From Mustelus asterias (Eukaryota), in NCBI RefSeq assembly GCF_964213995.1, contig NC_135826.1, positions 9,114,001 to 9,178,000 on the forward strand: a stretch of 64,000 nt of DNA. The letters are read 5' to 3'. A program made the translations under genes and the position numbers. Below are positions 51,140-64,000 of the stretch, piece after piece. Numbering within the stretch: position 1 is the first letter of the stretch; the number at the start of each line of letters is the position of its first letter. The notes beneath the pieces are model-generated. The model searched no databases. It saw nothing but the letters and a program-made list of their open reading frames with translations, and was not told the origin of the DNA.

Positions 51140-51990
51140 ATAAAATCATAGAATCCTACAGTACAGAAGGAAGCTATCCAGCCGATTGAGTCTGCACCGA
51201 CCACAATCCCATCCAGGCCTTATCCACATAACCCCATGCATTTACCATAGCTAGTCCCCTGATACTAAGGGCAATTTAGAATGGCCAATCTACCTAACCC
51301 GCACATCTTTGGACTGTGGAGGAAGCTGGAGCACTTGGAGGAAACCCCGCAGTCACGGGGAAAATGTGCAAACTCCACACAGACAGTGGCCCAAGCCAGG
51401 AATTGAACCCGGGTCCCTGACGCTTTGAGGCAGCAGCGCTAACTACTGTGCCACCGTGCCGCCCTTGCCTTAGTTACTATACCAATTGAGAATCTGTTCC
51501 AAGAGAAGTGTGTACTGATATTACAAATCATACCTCTAGGGCCAAGAACAGCCAGATTCTAGAACATTGTATACAACCAAAGAGGAAGAGATGTCCTCCA
51601 GATTAACTTTCTTATTGACTGTGTATAATGATTAATGATGCATGGTACTGTGTCTACAATATTAGTGATTCTTTGTATAATATTGTATAGAACCCCTACA
51701 GTGCAGAAGGAGGTCATTCGGTCTATCGAGTTTGCACCGTCTCTCCAAAAGAGCACCTTACCCAAGCCCTATCCCTGCAACCCCATGTATTTATCCCACT
51801 AATCCCCCTCACCTACACATCTTGGGGCACTAAGGGGCAATTTAGCATGGCCAATCTTGCACATCTTTGGACCAAGAGGAAACCCACACGAACACGGGGA
51901 GAATGCAAACTCCACAGACAGTTACCCAAGGCTGGAATCAAAAGCAGGGTCCCTGGCACTGTGAGACAACAGTGCTAACCACTGTGTCAA
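51140..51990 (-). mobile_element. Two HE1/V-SINE-like copies (~51140-51465, ~51685-51990)
   Basis: Head, core and tail match 12165-12485. Confidence 0.75.
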
Positions 51991-53849
51991 GGCCACAGAA
52001 GTAAAGGAGGGATCTTATATATTTAAAGGCATTGCATGATTGCTTTAAGTGCTGATCACATGGTTTGATGGTGATGTCATTAGAGTGTTGCAGAGGCTGC
52101 TCTTTTACTTTCAATTTGTAATCTGCAGTTCAGAGAATATCTCTTTCAATAAATCTGTTGTTAGTTTCAATCTACGTGTGCAATCCAAATCTTTTCTTTT
52201 TGCCAGGGACCTGGGTTCGGTTTTTCTGGCACCAACTTGATCCACATGGATCTATCCAGCCAATTGAGCCAGCCGACCTTCAAGGAGTCATAGTTGCTGT
52301 GGGAATGTACACGTTTAGATCAGACCACATCTGGAGTACTGTGAAGTTTTTTGCCCCCTCATTTAAAAAAGGGTACAATTACATCAGAAGCAGTTCACAG
52401 AAGGTTCACTTGACTCATTCCTGGGATGAAGATCTTATTTTATGAAGAAAGGGTGACCAGGTTGGGCCTATACCTGTTGGAGTTGAGAACCGGCCTCTCC
52501 AAGGGCTGGCCTGAAGATGAGAATTGGCCTGTGAGGTGGAATGATACAGCCTACCAGACATTGGACTTAGCACTGAAGATTTAATTGATCCCGATTTGAA
52601 AAATGCTATGCAGAGCAATGTGTGGTGATTGCAGGGACTGGAGCAGCTGCAGCGGGATGGAGGCAAGTTGGGCCTTGGAGTAACTTTGAGTGGGGGATAA
52701 TCTCAAAATTTGGGCAGGGCCCTGATACAGCATGTGGGGTGGATGGGGATGGGTTGGGATGTGCAGGGCAAGGGCTGCAAGGGAGGGGGGGGAGGGTCAC
52801 AAGACCCCTAATCAGGCACTGCCATTGCTATAAGGGAGGTTGATAGAATACTATATACTGAGAATGTTACCCATGTCTACAATGTGTACATTTTCTTACT
52901 CCTTGAAGAGCTCATTTCACTTGCACTTACTCGTTTCAGTCCATGTATTTGTCTAGTAACAACCAGATCCAGAATTAATAAAGGGAATTATGGGATGTAA
53001 TCCACTGAGCAACTGGGGAAAAAATGCTTGACAATAGCAGTAGCCCCCATTCAAAGGGGCTGATGAGATGCATTCTTTTTCCAGTAACAAGGTTAGCAGA
53101 CACCTTGGTAAAATCAGATATAAATAGCCCTATCATCAGCGAGTTTACCAAAATGGTTGTGAGATCAGAAGAGGCATACAGATATTAATTTTCAAGAATA
53201 AAGAAATGTAGTCAAGACAAATGGCCCAAAATACAGTGAGCAGAATCAAGCGAGCCAGCGGGATAATTTGTAACTCCTGCGGAATCAGGGAGGCTAGTTT
53301 AGCATCTCATTGAAAGACCAGGGTACCTTGTTTAAAGTGGATGTTGTTTGGGGAAAGGGATATTCTTACTGAGTTCAGGTATCGTAGATATAGTTTAGAA
53401 CAAGGGGTATTTTGAGATAAAACTGTGTGTATTTGCATTATTCCACTGTTCGTGCTTTATAGAATTATAGTCCTGTTCATGTCTTTTCTTTCAATTACTA
53501 AATAGCTTTTAGTAATTGGTACACTACAACTGGGCTGCTTATTTTCACGAGTGGTTTCACGTGGCTCCTCACACCATTTCAAAAACAATAATATACACAA
53601 CAAACCGGTGTCTTAATGTTGAGATGTCCTTGCAGATTATACTTGCATGTCACAAGAGTGATCTTGAGAAGTAAGATTTATACTCCAGGCCTGGAAATTA
53701 TCTCCATTAACCACCCAGAATACTTATCAATTGATAATGGTGAGCCCCTCAGGACCCCTGAGCAAGAAGAGGTGGATTGAATTGGAAGGCCGAGTCTTTG
53801 AAGGTTCCTGGACTGGTAACCTCTTCATTATTGAGCACCATGGGGGTGA

Positions 53850-55270
53850 GAAGAAGATAGCTGTTTACAAGGAGTGCAATACCAAGCGTCATTATTTTGT
53901 ACAAAACATGTTGGCAGATTTGACAGCTTCAGAGGTCAGGTGAGAATCACCAATTGAACTTGTTGAAGCAAAGCATCATCAGGCAGCAATCTCTCTTGAA
54001 GGCTGCAAACCTTCAATCTCTCTTGAAGGCTGCATAAACCAGAGTTTATCTCTCATAACCAGAGTTATGAGATAGTATCCAAGGTCACTTGCTTGGTAGT
54101 TGATGCAATAGCCAAGTGAGGGGAGTAATTGGTCAATGGGGAATTTATGAAAGACTGCTTGGACCTGTTTGTATCTGTGGTATTCTCTGATAAACAGTCA
54201 GTGGTGGAGGGAACCAGCCTTTCACACCAGAGCATTGACAACCCTAGCAGCCAATATTTAGAATTCTCTAATCAAATGACTGAATGTCTTTGAGTTTTAC
54301 AATCTATGACTCGATGACAGCAGATGATACAGCTGAACTCTCAATCTCTGCAACAGGAGTCACAAAAATCTTTGGAGTTTTTAAGGACGACCTCTGCCCA
54401 ATGAAAGGCATGACAACAGAGCAAGACATCTTCACTGAAGTGCCTGACAACTGATGGAGTTCCTTTGATGCCAGGCAAACACAATAGTTTTGTCAGTCTG
54501 ATGCTCAAATCAGTGCCTCAGGGAGTCATCACACATCATTCACCAAGATAAGCTATGTGCAAAGACCCTGAAGAGGAGACATATGAGGGACAAGGTTCGC
54601 TCAACTGACAATTTTATACAGTGCAAAGGGCTTAATCAGACAGTTATGAACCTTCCTTGCAGATGCAGGCTCACAGCATAAGAGGCTTCATTTACTTCAG
54701 CCAGGTGCACCAGCTAAGGAAGGCGGCCACACAATTTGAAGGTGAAACTCCAAGGATCAGTTTGTCAACAGACTGCACGAGCATGTCCATGTGTTCACTG
54801 AGAAGTTAGAACCACACCAGAAACAATTGGCCAGGAAGAGAGCTGTCCATCTCGCAACATTGTCATCAGAGCATGCTGAGCTAGTGAACCATGAGAAATA
54901 TGCTGCACTGATTGGTGGCTTGAGAGTTAAATTCAAGCACAGGTTTGTGCATTTCAGGAAGCACTTTGGAACTGATGCTACTGATGTGTTTCAGATGGAA
55001 CTAACACAGATGGAGATGACAGTGATCTGAAGGGTGCTTTTGCAGACCATAACCATCTTGACATTTTACAGGCATTATGTTCCCACTGAATCACCCAAAC
55101 CTGTTAAGATATGCTGGTTGCTTCATTGCAAGCAGCCTTTTTCATGAATAGAGTATCAAGTCAAAATCAAGATCACTGTTGACAGACAGACATCGACCTG
55201 GAATACTCTGCATCGTCTAAAGTGTGCAGGTAGACATTGACTCCTTGCGCAAGCAATAGCATTGCCAGAT
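53850..55270 (+). mobile_element. hAT transposase relic (GTF2IRD2/Charlie/SPIN-like)
   Basis: IAVYKECNTKRHY and KYAALI..LRVKFKHRF..F..QMEL; heavily disrupted. Confidence 0.6.
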
Positions 55271-57414
55271 GGGATGGGGTTACTGTGCTGTGGATAAAGT
55301 GATAAATTAGTCCCCTCATGTCGACCTTACACGTGAAGATACAGATTTTTGTTGCGCGAGATAAATTTCAAATCATGTGGTTGTTTCCCTTTCCTCCCAG
55401 ACCTTGTACATGGGGCCTCCTGCAAGCGAGGAAAGAATGGGAATGTGGTCCCTCACAAGAAGAGGATGGACAAGAATAGTGAATTAGGATCGTTCCTGAC
55501 AGATGGGAATCTGGTCTGGGATATGTCATGGTGTTACATCAAGGACATGTGAAGACATTAACATCTTGTAGCAGGGAAAAACAAGGTCAGATGTCTCACT
55601 GAATCAGTACTCAATGGACAGAAGTTGAGGCAATAAATTAGTGTTCTCATCTGCAGTTTGTTTATAGAGATGCAAATTGGTATTGCTTGGAGTAACAAGA
55701 TAAATTTCCATTCCTCTGAGCCAGCTTCCTTTTCTTCCCAAGCATTGTTTCATCTCCCCACCAAAAAAAGTTAGACAAGCCTGTTTTAGAAGAATGAGGG
55801 GCGATCTTATTGAAACATAGAAGATCCTGAGGGTACACGAGAGGGTGGATACTGAGAGGATGTTTCCTCTTGTGGGGAGACTATAACTAGGGACACGTTA
55901 TGATCCTAGGCCAGGTATAAATTGGTAAGATTAGGTCTGCTTTGAATCTTAATTCTTAGGGTGTATGTATGTTCATTTGTATCTCTGTTATCAATGTCAC
56001 AATGCTTGTTTGCATAACTCAATTGATTTCAAGTGCTTGGACTTTGTGAAACTTCAAAGGGCCTGGATGATTGACATTTTATTATCTTTCAGTCCTAACC
56101 TTTCATGGAGAAATCTATCAATGGAGTATATTTTTTCAAAGCTTTTGTTTAAAAAACACATCTAATTTTAGACAGTGATGTTAATTGGTTCTAGAAAATA
56201 ACAATGGGTCAGTTAGCACGGAGCTTGGTATAGGGGGCATGGGTGGAATATCAGACTGGCATTGGTGACATGAGGGGATCTTTTGAACTTGCCTTGTAAA
56301 AGATCCCCTCAGGCACAGTACGATTCACAGTTCCCCTAAGGAGCCATGAGCCAGGAGTCTTTAAAAACCTGACCCACCTCAATGAAAATTGCAGGAGGAG
56401 ATATCTATCTCTGCAGTAGCTGGCCAGGTTGGGAGTGCCAGGTGCGGGCTCCTGGCAGGAAGCAGCCCACATCCTTTAAAGGCACACCCAAAAACCAAGC
56501 TGCCCAAGAATGGGGTCAGGAACCTCGGGAATCAGGATCCACACGCTATTATTAAAGGGCTCCCGAGTCAACCCGACTCTGAAAATCCAGGCCATTGTTC
56601 CAGAACAAACGGTTTTCCATTTAAGACTGAGAAGGAGAAATTTTCTTTTCTCAGAAGTTTGTGAATCTTTGGAATTCTCTAGCACAGAAAGTTGTGGAGC
56701 CGGAGTCATTGACTATATTCAAGGCTGAATTGCAACAGAGTCAAGGGTTATAGATACAAGCAGGAAACTGAGGCCAACACACTGTACATTTTCAAGAAGT
56801 AGTTAGATGTAGCTCTTGGGGCTAAAGGGATCAAAAGGTATGTGGGGGAAAGCAGGAACAGGTTACTGAGTTTGATAATCAGCCATGATCATAATGAATA
56901 GCAGAGCAGGCTCGAATGGCCAACTCCTGCTCCTATTTTCTATGTTTCTATGATGTTGAGACCAATATCAGAGCAGCCTGGATCTTGAAGGATGCAGAAG
57001 TTTAATGGGACCGAATGGCATACTCCTGCTCCTATTTCTTATGTTTGCGTCCACAGCCTCATTGACCAAAAACCTAAATTTTTTTTAAAAATCGATGTTC
57101 TGTAATGTTTCAACAACTCCATCAACAATTTAAAGCAAATAATATATAAAAATATAGAGAACCTCCAACATACCAAAACTATATACATGTCCTTTTCTTT
57201 CTTCCTCCCTCGCAATCATATTTCCCGAGTGGAAGGGTGTGACTATTTCACTTTTTCTGTGCATCGTCATCTATTCAGAGCTTTCTGGTCCATACAGACC
57301 AATTACAAATTACCCTTTGTTACTGAGCCCTCAGAGGGGCATGGGCATTGTTGGCATCCTTGAAAAACTGGCGCCGCTATTGTGTCCAAAGTGATTGCGG
57401 GTTTCTTACAATTG

Positions 57415-57716
57415 CCACAGCAGTTAGCACTGCTGCCTCACAGCACCAGGGACCTGGGCTCGATTCCTGGCTTGGGTAACTGTATGTGCGGAGTCTGCAT
57501 GTTCGCCCCACATCTGTGTGGGTTTCCTCTGGGTGCTCCAGTTTCCTCCCACAGTCCGAAAGACGTGCTGATTAGGTACATTGGCCATGCTAAATTCTCC
57601 CTCAGTGTACCCGAACAGGCGCCGGAGTGTGGCGACTAGGACATTTTCACAGTAACTTCATTGTAGTGTTAATGCAAGCCTACTTGAGATGCTAATATAA
57701 TAAACTTTAAACTTTA
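57415..57716 (+). mobile_element. V-SINE with alternative tail
   Basis: Matches 44743-45052. Confidence 0.78.
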
Positions 57717-57952
57717 GGGAGCTAGCACTTTGATACAGTAACCTCTCAGCTGAAGCAAATTTGAGATACAGATAGGGAATTATCGGACCCTGAACAATCA
57801 GTTTTTCCTAGTACTTCAAATGTCTATACATGATTTATGTAGTGAGGAGTTTCCATTATGGACAATAGCTTTTTAAAAGATTTTAAAAATATATACTGTG
57901 ATCTGTTTTCTGGTCCATATCTCAACTGCAGCAAAATACATTCATTTGAAAT

Positions 57953-57958
57953 TTTATT
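57953..57958 (-). terminator. Candidate polyadenylation signal of the HDGFL2-like gene
   Basis: AATAAA on - strand after ~1.5 kb of repeat-free putative 3' UTR. Confidence 0.45.
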
Positions 57959-59446
57959 TGTTGTTTGAGCTCAGGTAGTAAGCTGAAATGGTCACAAAGT
58001 ATGTGTTTCAGAGCACTACTATAACATTTCTAAGATGGGCAAAAGCAGTCACCAAGACAAATAGTCAAGTTAAGAGTCTTCAAATTTCCACAGAGGTCAG
58101 ATTGATGTTATTCATTAATCTTTGATAACTAGTAGGAAACAAACTCAAAAGAATACTCCACACAAAATGTTTTTTTTAATATATAAAAGTTTGCATTTTA
58201 AAACTTTCTAGATTAACCTGCTAAAGGCCATTTTTCCTTGGTGGTCTTTTACAACAGATTTGATTTTTCTCTCCTTTAAATTATTAACAAACAAAAGCCA
58301 GAGGTCAAGGCTCACAGTGCAGACCACCACAGTTAAGACGAAAAGCAACGATGAGGTCGATCAAGACGTAGAAGTTAGGCAATGTCAAAATGGAGATTTA
58401 CAAGTATCTGGATTAACTGAGGAACGGAAGACAAAGAATGATAAGGAGTCCCACAGTTTTGAGGTCATGTGGAAGAATTAGAGTCGGAGATGATGTGACA
58501 AGTGTTGATTTCAATATAGCAAGGACGAAGAGTACACAGAATGGCATATTTGGAATTTAGAAGGAATGAGAGGGGAAGACATTCAGAGGATCAACATCCG
58601 TAAGGAGTTGCTGCTCTTCCCTGCAGTGCTACTCTCTCGCGCCCTATTCTTAACAAAGTAACTTGAGAAGGAAGCTCACTACATCTGTATCAACATCACA
58701 TTAAAAACTCCCACAAGGTCAAACTTTAATAACTGGTACTGATAACAAAGTTGCACTTTACAATGACAAAACTGCAATCTCTACATAGTCATTCTTCCCG
58801 TAAAAAAAAAATTAGGTTAAATGCTGAGAAATTAGCTATTTGGGGAAATCATGTAATGTAACATTGCAGCTGGAAGAGGTTAAAGAAGAAAATGAAAGAA
58901 AACGCACTTTCTTTGTCTAATTCTGTGAGCCAACCCATCATGGAGAACATACTTCAGACTGACAGAAACTTTAAACAAATAACTTCATGAGAAGTGAAAG
59001 AAAATATACGCTCTGAAGTAAAGCATCCGCCATTAATTTCCTCGAGTGCTCTCCCAATTGGCCACTGCAGCAAAAACCTGCGTACATGTCTATCCAGGAT
59101 TTCCGCTAGTCAGGAGAACCCGGAGGAAATTCCTGGTGATAAATTTAATCCACCAAAAAGCAGCCATTTCTGCACTTTGCGCCTCATTCACTTCCTCTCT
59201 CTGCTCAAGGTCAGAAAAAAAGATACATTTAATGTGCAGATCTATATTTTTGTTTTTCTTTTTTTTCAAAAAAAATGAAGAAATACAGAGTTCTGCAAAG
59301 TAAGTGACCTCATTCAGCTTCTTCACGTGGGCAGACAACAAAACCAGTCTTTACTAGGTTCTAGGACGATTCAAGTGACAAGTGTTCTTCTTTGAAAGCA
59401 ACCCAGATTTTAAAACGTGTCCCATAGTTGATTATGGCTCAAAGCC

Positions 59447-62400
59447 TTAGCTCTCATTAGCTGATTCCATCTCCATTGGAACGGTCTCTGTATTGGTGGT
59501 GTGTTGATCATCTGATTGAAGCACTGCAGATATGTATGGAGCACTGCAAGAGTAAAACACACAACCTCATGATTTCAATTCTACGCAATGTTAAACTCAT
59601 TGGAACATGCCTGAATCTTCCAAACTTAATCGCTTCATAAATCTAGCATCTTGTAGCAATAAGCACTTCTGCTTATTTATTTTCAATGACTTGTAATTTC
59701 AAAAACTGATTACCAAAACATTATCAATGCTAAAATGGGTGGCTTTATCAGTGATGGGCTGCTGATCTATACAAAATAGGGATGTTCATGATTTGATCTT
59801 CAGTATGTTAGTTATTCTCAACCTAGAAGGCAGCAACAGGGCACGACAATTAGTTTCCTTTGGGTCACATGAGGTGGAGGAAAGGAAATCAGTTAGACTG
59901 CCCAAATATTAATTACTATTGACTGACTGACCTTAATTCTAACAGGGTTAGACTGGGTAGATTCAGAAAGAATGTGCCTGATGGTGGCGGACTCCAGAAC
60001 TTAGGGGTCATAGTTTGAGGATGAGGGGTAAACCTTTTGGAACTGAGGTGAGGAGAAATTTCTTTACCCAGAGATGGTGAATGTGTGGAATTCACTAACA
60101 CAGAATATAGTTGAGGCCAAAACATTGTGTGATTTCAAGAAGAAAATAGATACAGCTCTTGGGGCTAAAGGGATCAAGGGATATGGGGGGAAGGGGGGAA
60201 ATCAGGATATTGAATTCGATGATCAGCCATGATTATAATGAATTGGCGGAGCAGGCTTGAAGGGCTGAACAGCCTACTCTTGCTTCTAGTTTCTATGACT
60301 TGTGCTGACCAGTATCTCAAACAGTTGAGAGAGCTACCAACATCAACTTTGGGTCTCTTCCCCTGCAAACATTTTCCTCGGCAGATAGGTTTGTAGCAGA
60401 TACCTGTCTCTAGTTTGAGAGGGCATTATCTCTACTGTACGATTCACATAATTCCCTTTGCATGAGTAGGTTTAGAGGAAACTTGAGGAATGGGAAAAAA
60501 GTGACAAGACGTAAATGAAAGTTACAGGTAAAAAGTCAAGGCTGAAAACGAAACAAAAGATTGGCCCATTTAAAGTCCAATATAATCCAAACTAACAATT
60601 TATTAAAAGGTTGGCAACCCATGAATTGCTTAACAATTAGAGAAACTGGTGATATAGTTTGATGCAAATCAACTAGTGATGCTCTTGTGCCTTTTCACAC
60701 ACAAAAGAGAATTGGGAAGTGAAATGCAATAAGAGACAAACTGGAAGAAACAGATTACTGACAAAAAGTAAATACAAATGATTTAAACCCAGAATCTGCC
60801 AAAAATAACCAGAGAAAGTGTAGAAAAAAGTACAATCACTTGTCGAATAAATTAATTGTTTACTACATTTGATCAAGTGAGTTTACCTACCTAAATGGGG
60901 TTACTGCATTCTGGAAATAATTCACCTGAAGCATCATGAAACATCTCAACCACATAAAAAGGCAGTTAATACAATTAAAGACATTTCCGGCTTAATCAGA
61001 TGGAATCCAGTCATGTAACCAATCAGCTCCAGTGAAGGGAGGCAAATGTACCGGTTCAATCAGAAACACCCTTCTGAAGTTCAGCACCCACCCCTTAGTT
61101 CCAGTGGCCTTCGGACCTCCCTCCCGAGACCCTGATCGTGCTACATTCAGGCCTTCCCAACCTTCCCTACCCTGGGACTCCATGAACTTCCCTGGGCCTC
61201 CGGTGTCCTCGAGCAATTCTTTTTCTATCCACTGAACCCCTGTTGCTGCAGGGACTGGAGAGCTGCTGCCCAATCAGACTGGCCCGCAGCTCTCGAAGAT
61301 GGGACTTCCTCCTGAATGAGCTGCGGGAGGCCCGTCTGCAGGCACTTAATGTGCTTTTGAGTGTGAAACGGCTGCGCAACATTCTGAATCGGCGGGGATG
61401 TGTTCCCAATCAACTCCTTGGATAGTGGAAAGCGAGATCCTGCCATCTGAAAAATTCAGGCCACGGTGGCATGGAACATTATTTCAGTTACACAAATACC
61501 AACACTGAAGACATGTTTAATGCATTTTTAATTAGGGAGGGAAATCATGTAGATTTAATTAATTAGGGGGAAGCAATGGCCGATCGGTATTATCGCTAGA
61601 TTATTAATCCAGAAACTCAGCTAATGCTCTGGGGGCCCGGGTTGAAATCACGCCACGGCAGATGGTGGAATTTGGATTCAATAAAAATAATGTCTGGAAT
61701 TAAGAATCTACTGGTGACAATGAAACACATTGTCGATTGTCGGAAAAACCCATCTGGTTCGCTAATGTCCTTTAGGGAAGGAAATCTGCCGTCCTTACCT
61801 GGTCTGGCCTACATGTGACTCCAGAGCCACAGCAATGTGGTTGACTCTCAACTGCCCTCAGGCAACTAGGGATGGGCAATAAATGCTGGCCAGATAGTGA
61901 TGCCCATGCCTGAAGAATTGTTGCTCAGCACCAGTAACAAGTTTCACATTATGTAAAACAAAAATAGTAAATACATGTTCAATTGTATAACTAATTTTCA
62001 CAAAGAAAAAATAATTGTGTTTTGGGGATCAGTGAAATTTCATTTTTGATCGTGGGACCTTGCTCATTTCCCCACAACTATGACTATAATTTAAAACCAC
62101 TCCATTGGCTGTAAAGCACTTTGGATCTCCTGAGATGTTATCGAAATTCAGTAAAAGGCTCCTTCAGTTACACTTTCTACATTGTTTTGACACCTAAATC
62201 CCTAACCTAACTCTAGCAATATCTCAAAAGGTCTTCTGCCCAACAAGGCTTATTTTGAACACTTTCTGATGCATGTTCTACATTAGGCTCATACCTCAAC
62301 TGGTATGGATTTTGCCTTTCAGGGTCCCCTGCAAAAGCTGAAATTGATATAGATCTTTGGTCTCCAGTGGAATGGTCTATATTCCGTACTGACTTGAACA

Positions 62401-63057
62401 AAAGAATGAAAAAACACAGTATTTATTTGCATCAGTGCCACATCTTCAAAAAAGATGTCCCAACAAATTTTGTAACTGATTAACTACCTTTGAAGTGCAG
62501 TCATTGCTATGCAGGGAAATGCACCAGACCATTTCGTGCACAAGGACCCAGATAGCAAATGAAATGAACAACGAGTTAATTTGTTTTTGACGGTGGTGAT
62601 GTTTTTTGCGTGGGGATCATTGGCCAAAACACGGTGAGAACTCTTCAAGTAATGCTACAGGATGGTTTGTGTCGTCAAACAGGACAGTTTCAAAAGCACA
62701 ATACTCCCTCACTATTGTAATGGTTAGCCTAGGTTGTGGGCTCAAGTCCACAATGAGACTTGGTTCTACATACACCTGGCACAAAGTTTGATATTTACCA
62801 ACTAAGCTGAGCTGATTGGAACTGCTCATGGTTCACGTGCAATGCAGTGTCAAGTGTGTGGATGAATCACTTGCTGTTGCTTATTCAGAACACTCACCTA
62901 TTCGGTTTGCCAACCAATATTTCCTCAGCATTCTTCTCCTTCTCTGTCTGTGACTGATCCTGTTCTTGGTTTTCTGGAAGTATTTCATTCTTCTGGTTCT
63001 CTGGAAGTATTTCATCCTTCTGAGATGCTGTCTCTCCATTTACTGCGGTAGAGGAAT
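59447..63057 (-). CDS. hdgfl2: HDGF-like 2 (HDGFRP2), last two coding exons; gene continues beyond the window
   Basis: Exon 63057-62898 (phase 1 to 2) DSSTAVNGETASQKDE resembles human HDGFL2 DLSAPVNGEATSQKGE (recalled). Terminal exon 59543-59447 (phase 2) S-APYISAV..MEMESANES*. Good splice sites. Confidence 0.7.
59935..60300 (+). mobile_element. CR1 3' fragment
   Basis: Same family as 34000-34360. Confidence 0.8.
61567..61910 (+). mobile_element. SacSINE-like tRNA SINE
   Basis: Matches 146-452. Confidence 0.72.
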
Positions 63058-63324
63058 CTGCAGATCGTTTATCAGGGAAAACAGAACAGATTAACTGTAG
63101 ATCTTTTTTCCCCCAAATGAACCTAGCTCAGGGATAAACTATCAATAATCTAATAGATATCATCTTGGGTGTCCACATATTCAGATATTCTCTTTTAGAA
63201 CAAACAGCTAGCAGGTTAGTTAACCACAGTCGGCAACAAAGTAAGGTCTGATCTGTCCTTGAAATAAACACAAACAGTGACTTTCCAGTATGGGCTGTTG
63301 GCGGGGGGCGGGGGGGGGAGAGAA

Positions 63325-64000
63325 GAGGTGAGCTGTGAGGAGGATGCAGAGATACTTCACGTGATTTGGATAGGCTGAGTGTTATTCACTTTGGTATCAA
63401 TAATAGGAAGACAGATTATTATTTAAATGGGTGTAAACTGAGAGAGGTGGATACTCAGCAAGTCCTTGGTATCCTCATGCATCAGTTGCTGAAACTAATA
63501 TGCAAGTAGAGCAGGCAGTAAAGAAGGCAAATGGTATGTTGGCCTTCATAGTGAGAGGATTTGAGTGTAGGAATAGGAATGTTTTACTGCAATTGAATAG
63601 GGTGTTGCTGAGGCCACACCTGGAATATTGTGTGCAGTTTTGGTGTCCTTATCTGAGGAAGGATGTCCTTGCTATAGAGGGAGTACAGCAAAGGTTTACC
63701 AGGCTAATTCCTGAGATGGCAGGTCTGTTATATGAAGAGAGACTAAGTCATTTGGGGTTATTTTCATTGGCGTTTAGAAGAGTGAGAGAGGATCTCATAG
63801 AAACTCATAAATTTCTAACAGGGTTAGACAGGGTAGATTCAGAAAGAATGTTCGCGATGGTGGTGAGTCCAGAACTAGGGGTCACAGTTTGAGGATAAGG
63901 GCTAAACCTATTAGAACTGCAGTGAGGAGAATTCTTTTCACCCAGAGAGTGGTGAATGTGTGGAATTCACTACCACAGAAAGTAGTTGAGGCCAAAACAT
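63325..64000 (+). mobile_element. CR1 ORF2 3' fragment (runs off the window)
   Basis: KKANGMLAFI, RPHLEYCVQFW, QRFTRLIP. Confidence 0.85.

Noticed and set aside
57900-63100. DENND4C, HAUS6 or PSIP1 as the neighbouring gene
   Set aside because: Translation and orientation fit the recalled HDGFL2 C-terminus better.
1-64000. CRISPR arrays or prokaryotic systems
   Set aside because: Intron-containing vertebrate DNA; no repeat-spacer periodicity seen.

Overview
Vertebrate genomic DNA, almost certainly a shark (HE1/V-SINE-like, SacSINE-like, CR1 and Penelope-type repeats). The + strand holds a tandem cluster of three spliced perilipin (PLIN2/PLIN3-like) genes: A (CDS 2132-5181, ~326 aa, PAT-domain exons missing but still in frame), B (13188-22297, ~442 aa, full length) and C (36982-41526, ~413 aa). 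The last two coding exons of an HDGFL2-like gene lie tail-to-tail on the - strand, which suggests the PLIN3/4/5-type locus. Mobile DNA includes a full-length CR1 LINE with its 5' ~60% inverted, a complete Gypsy provirus, six Tx1 3' fragments, Harbinger, hAT and Gypsy relics and many SINEs. Main observations: a PAT-less perilipin, exon-restricted homogenisation between A and C, three intronic PPRE-like DR1 sites in B, two minimal hammerhead ribozyme motifs and a twin-priming-like CR1 inversion. All calls come from manual reading; no searches were run.
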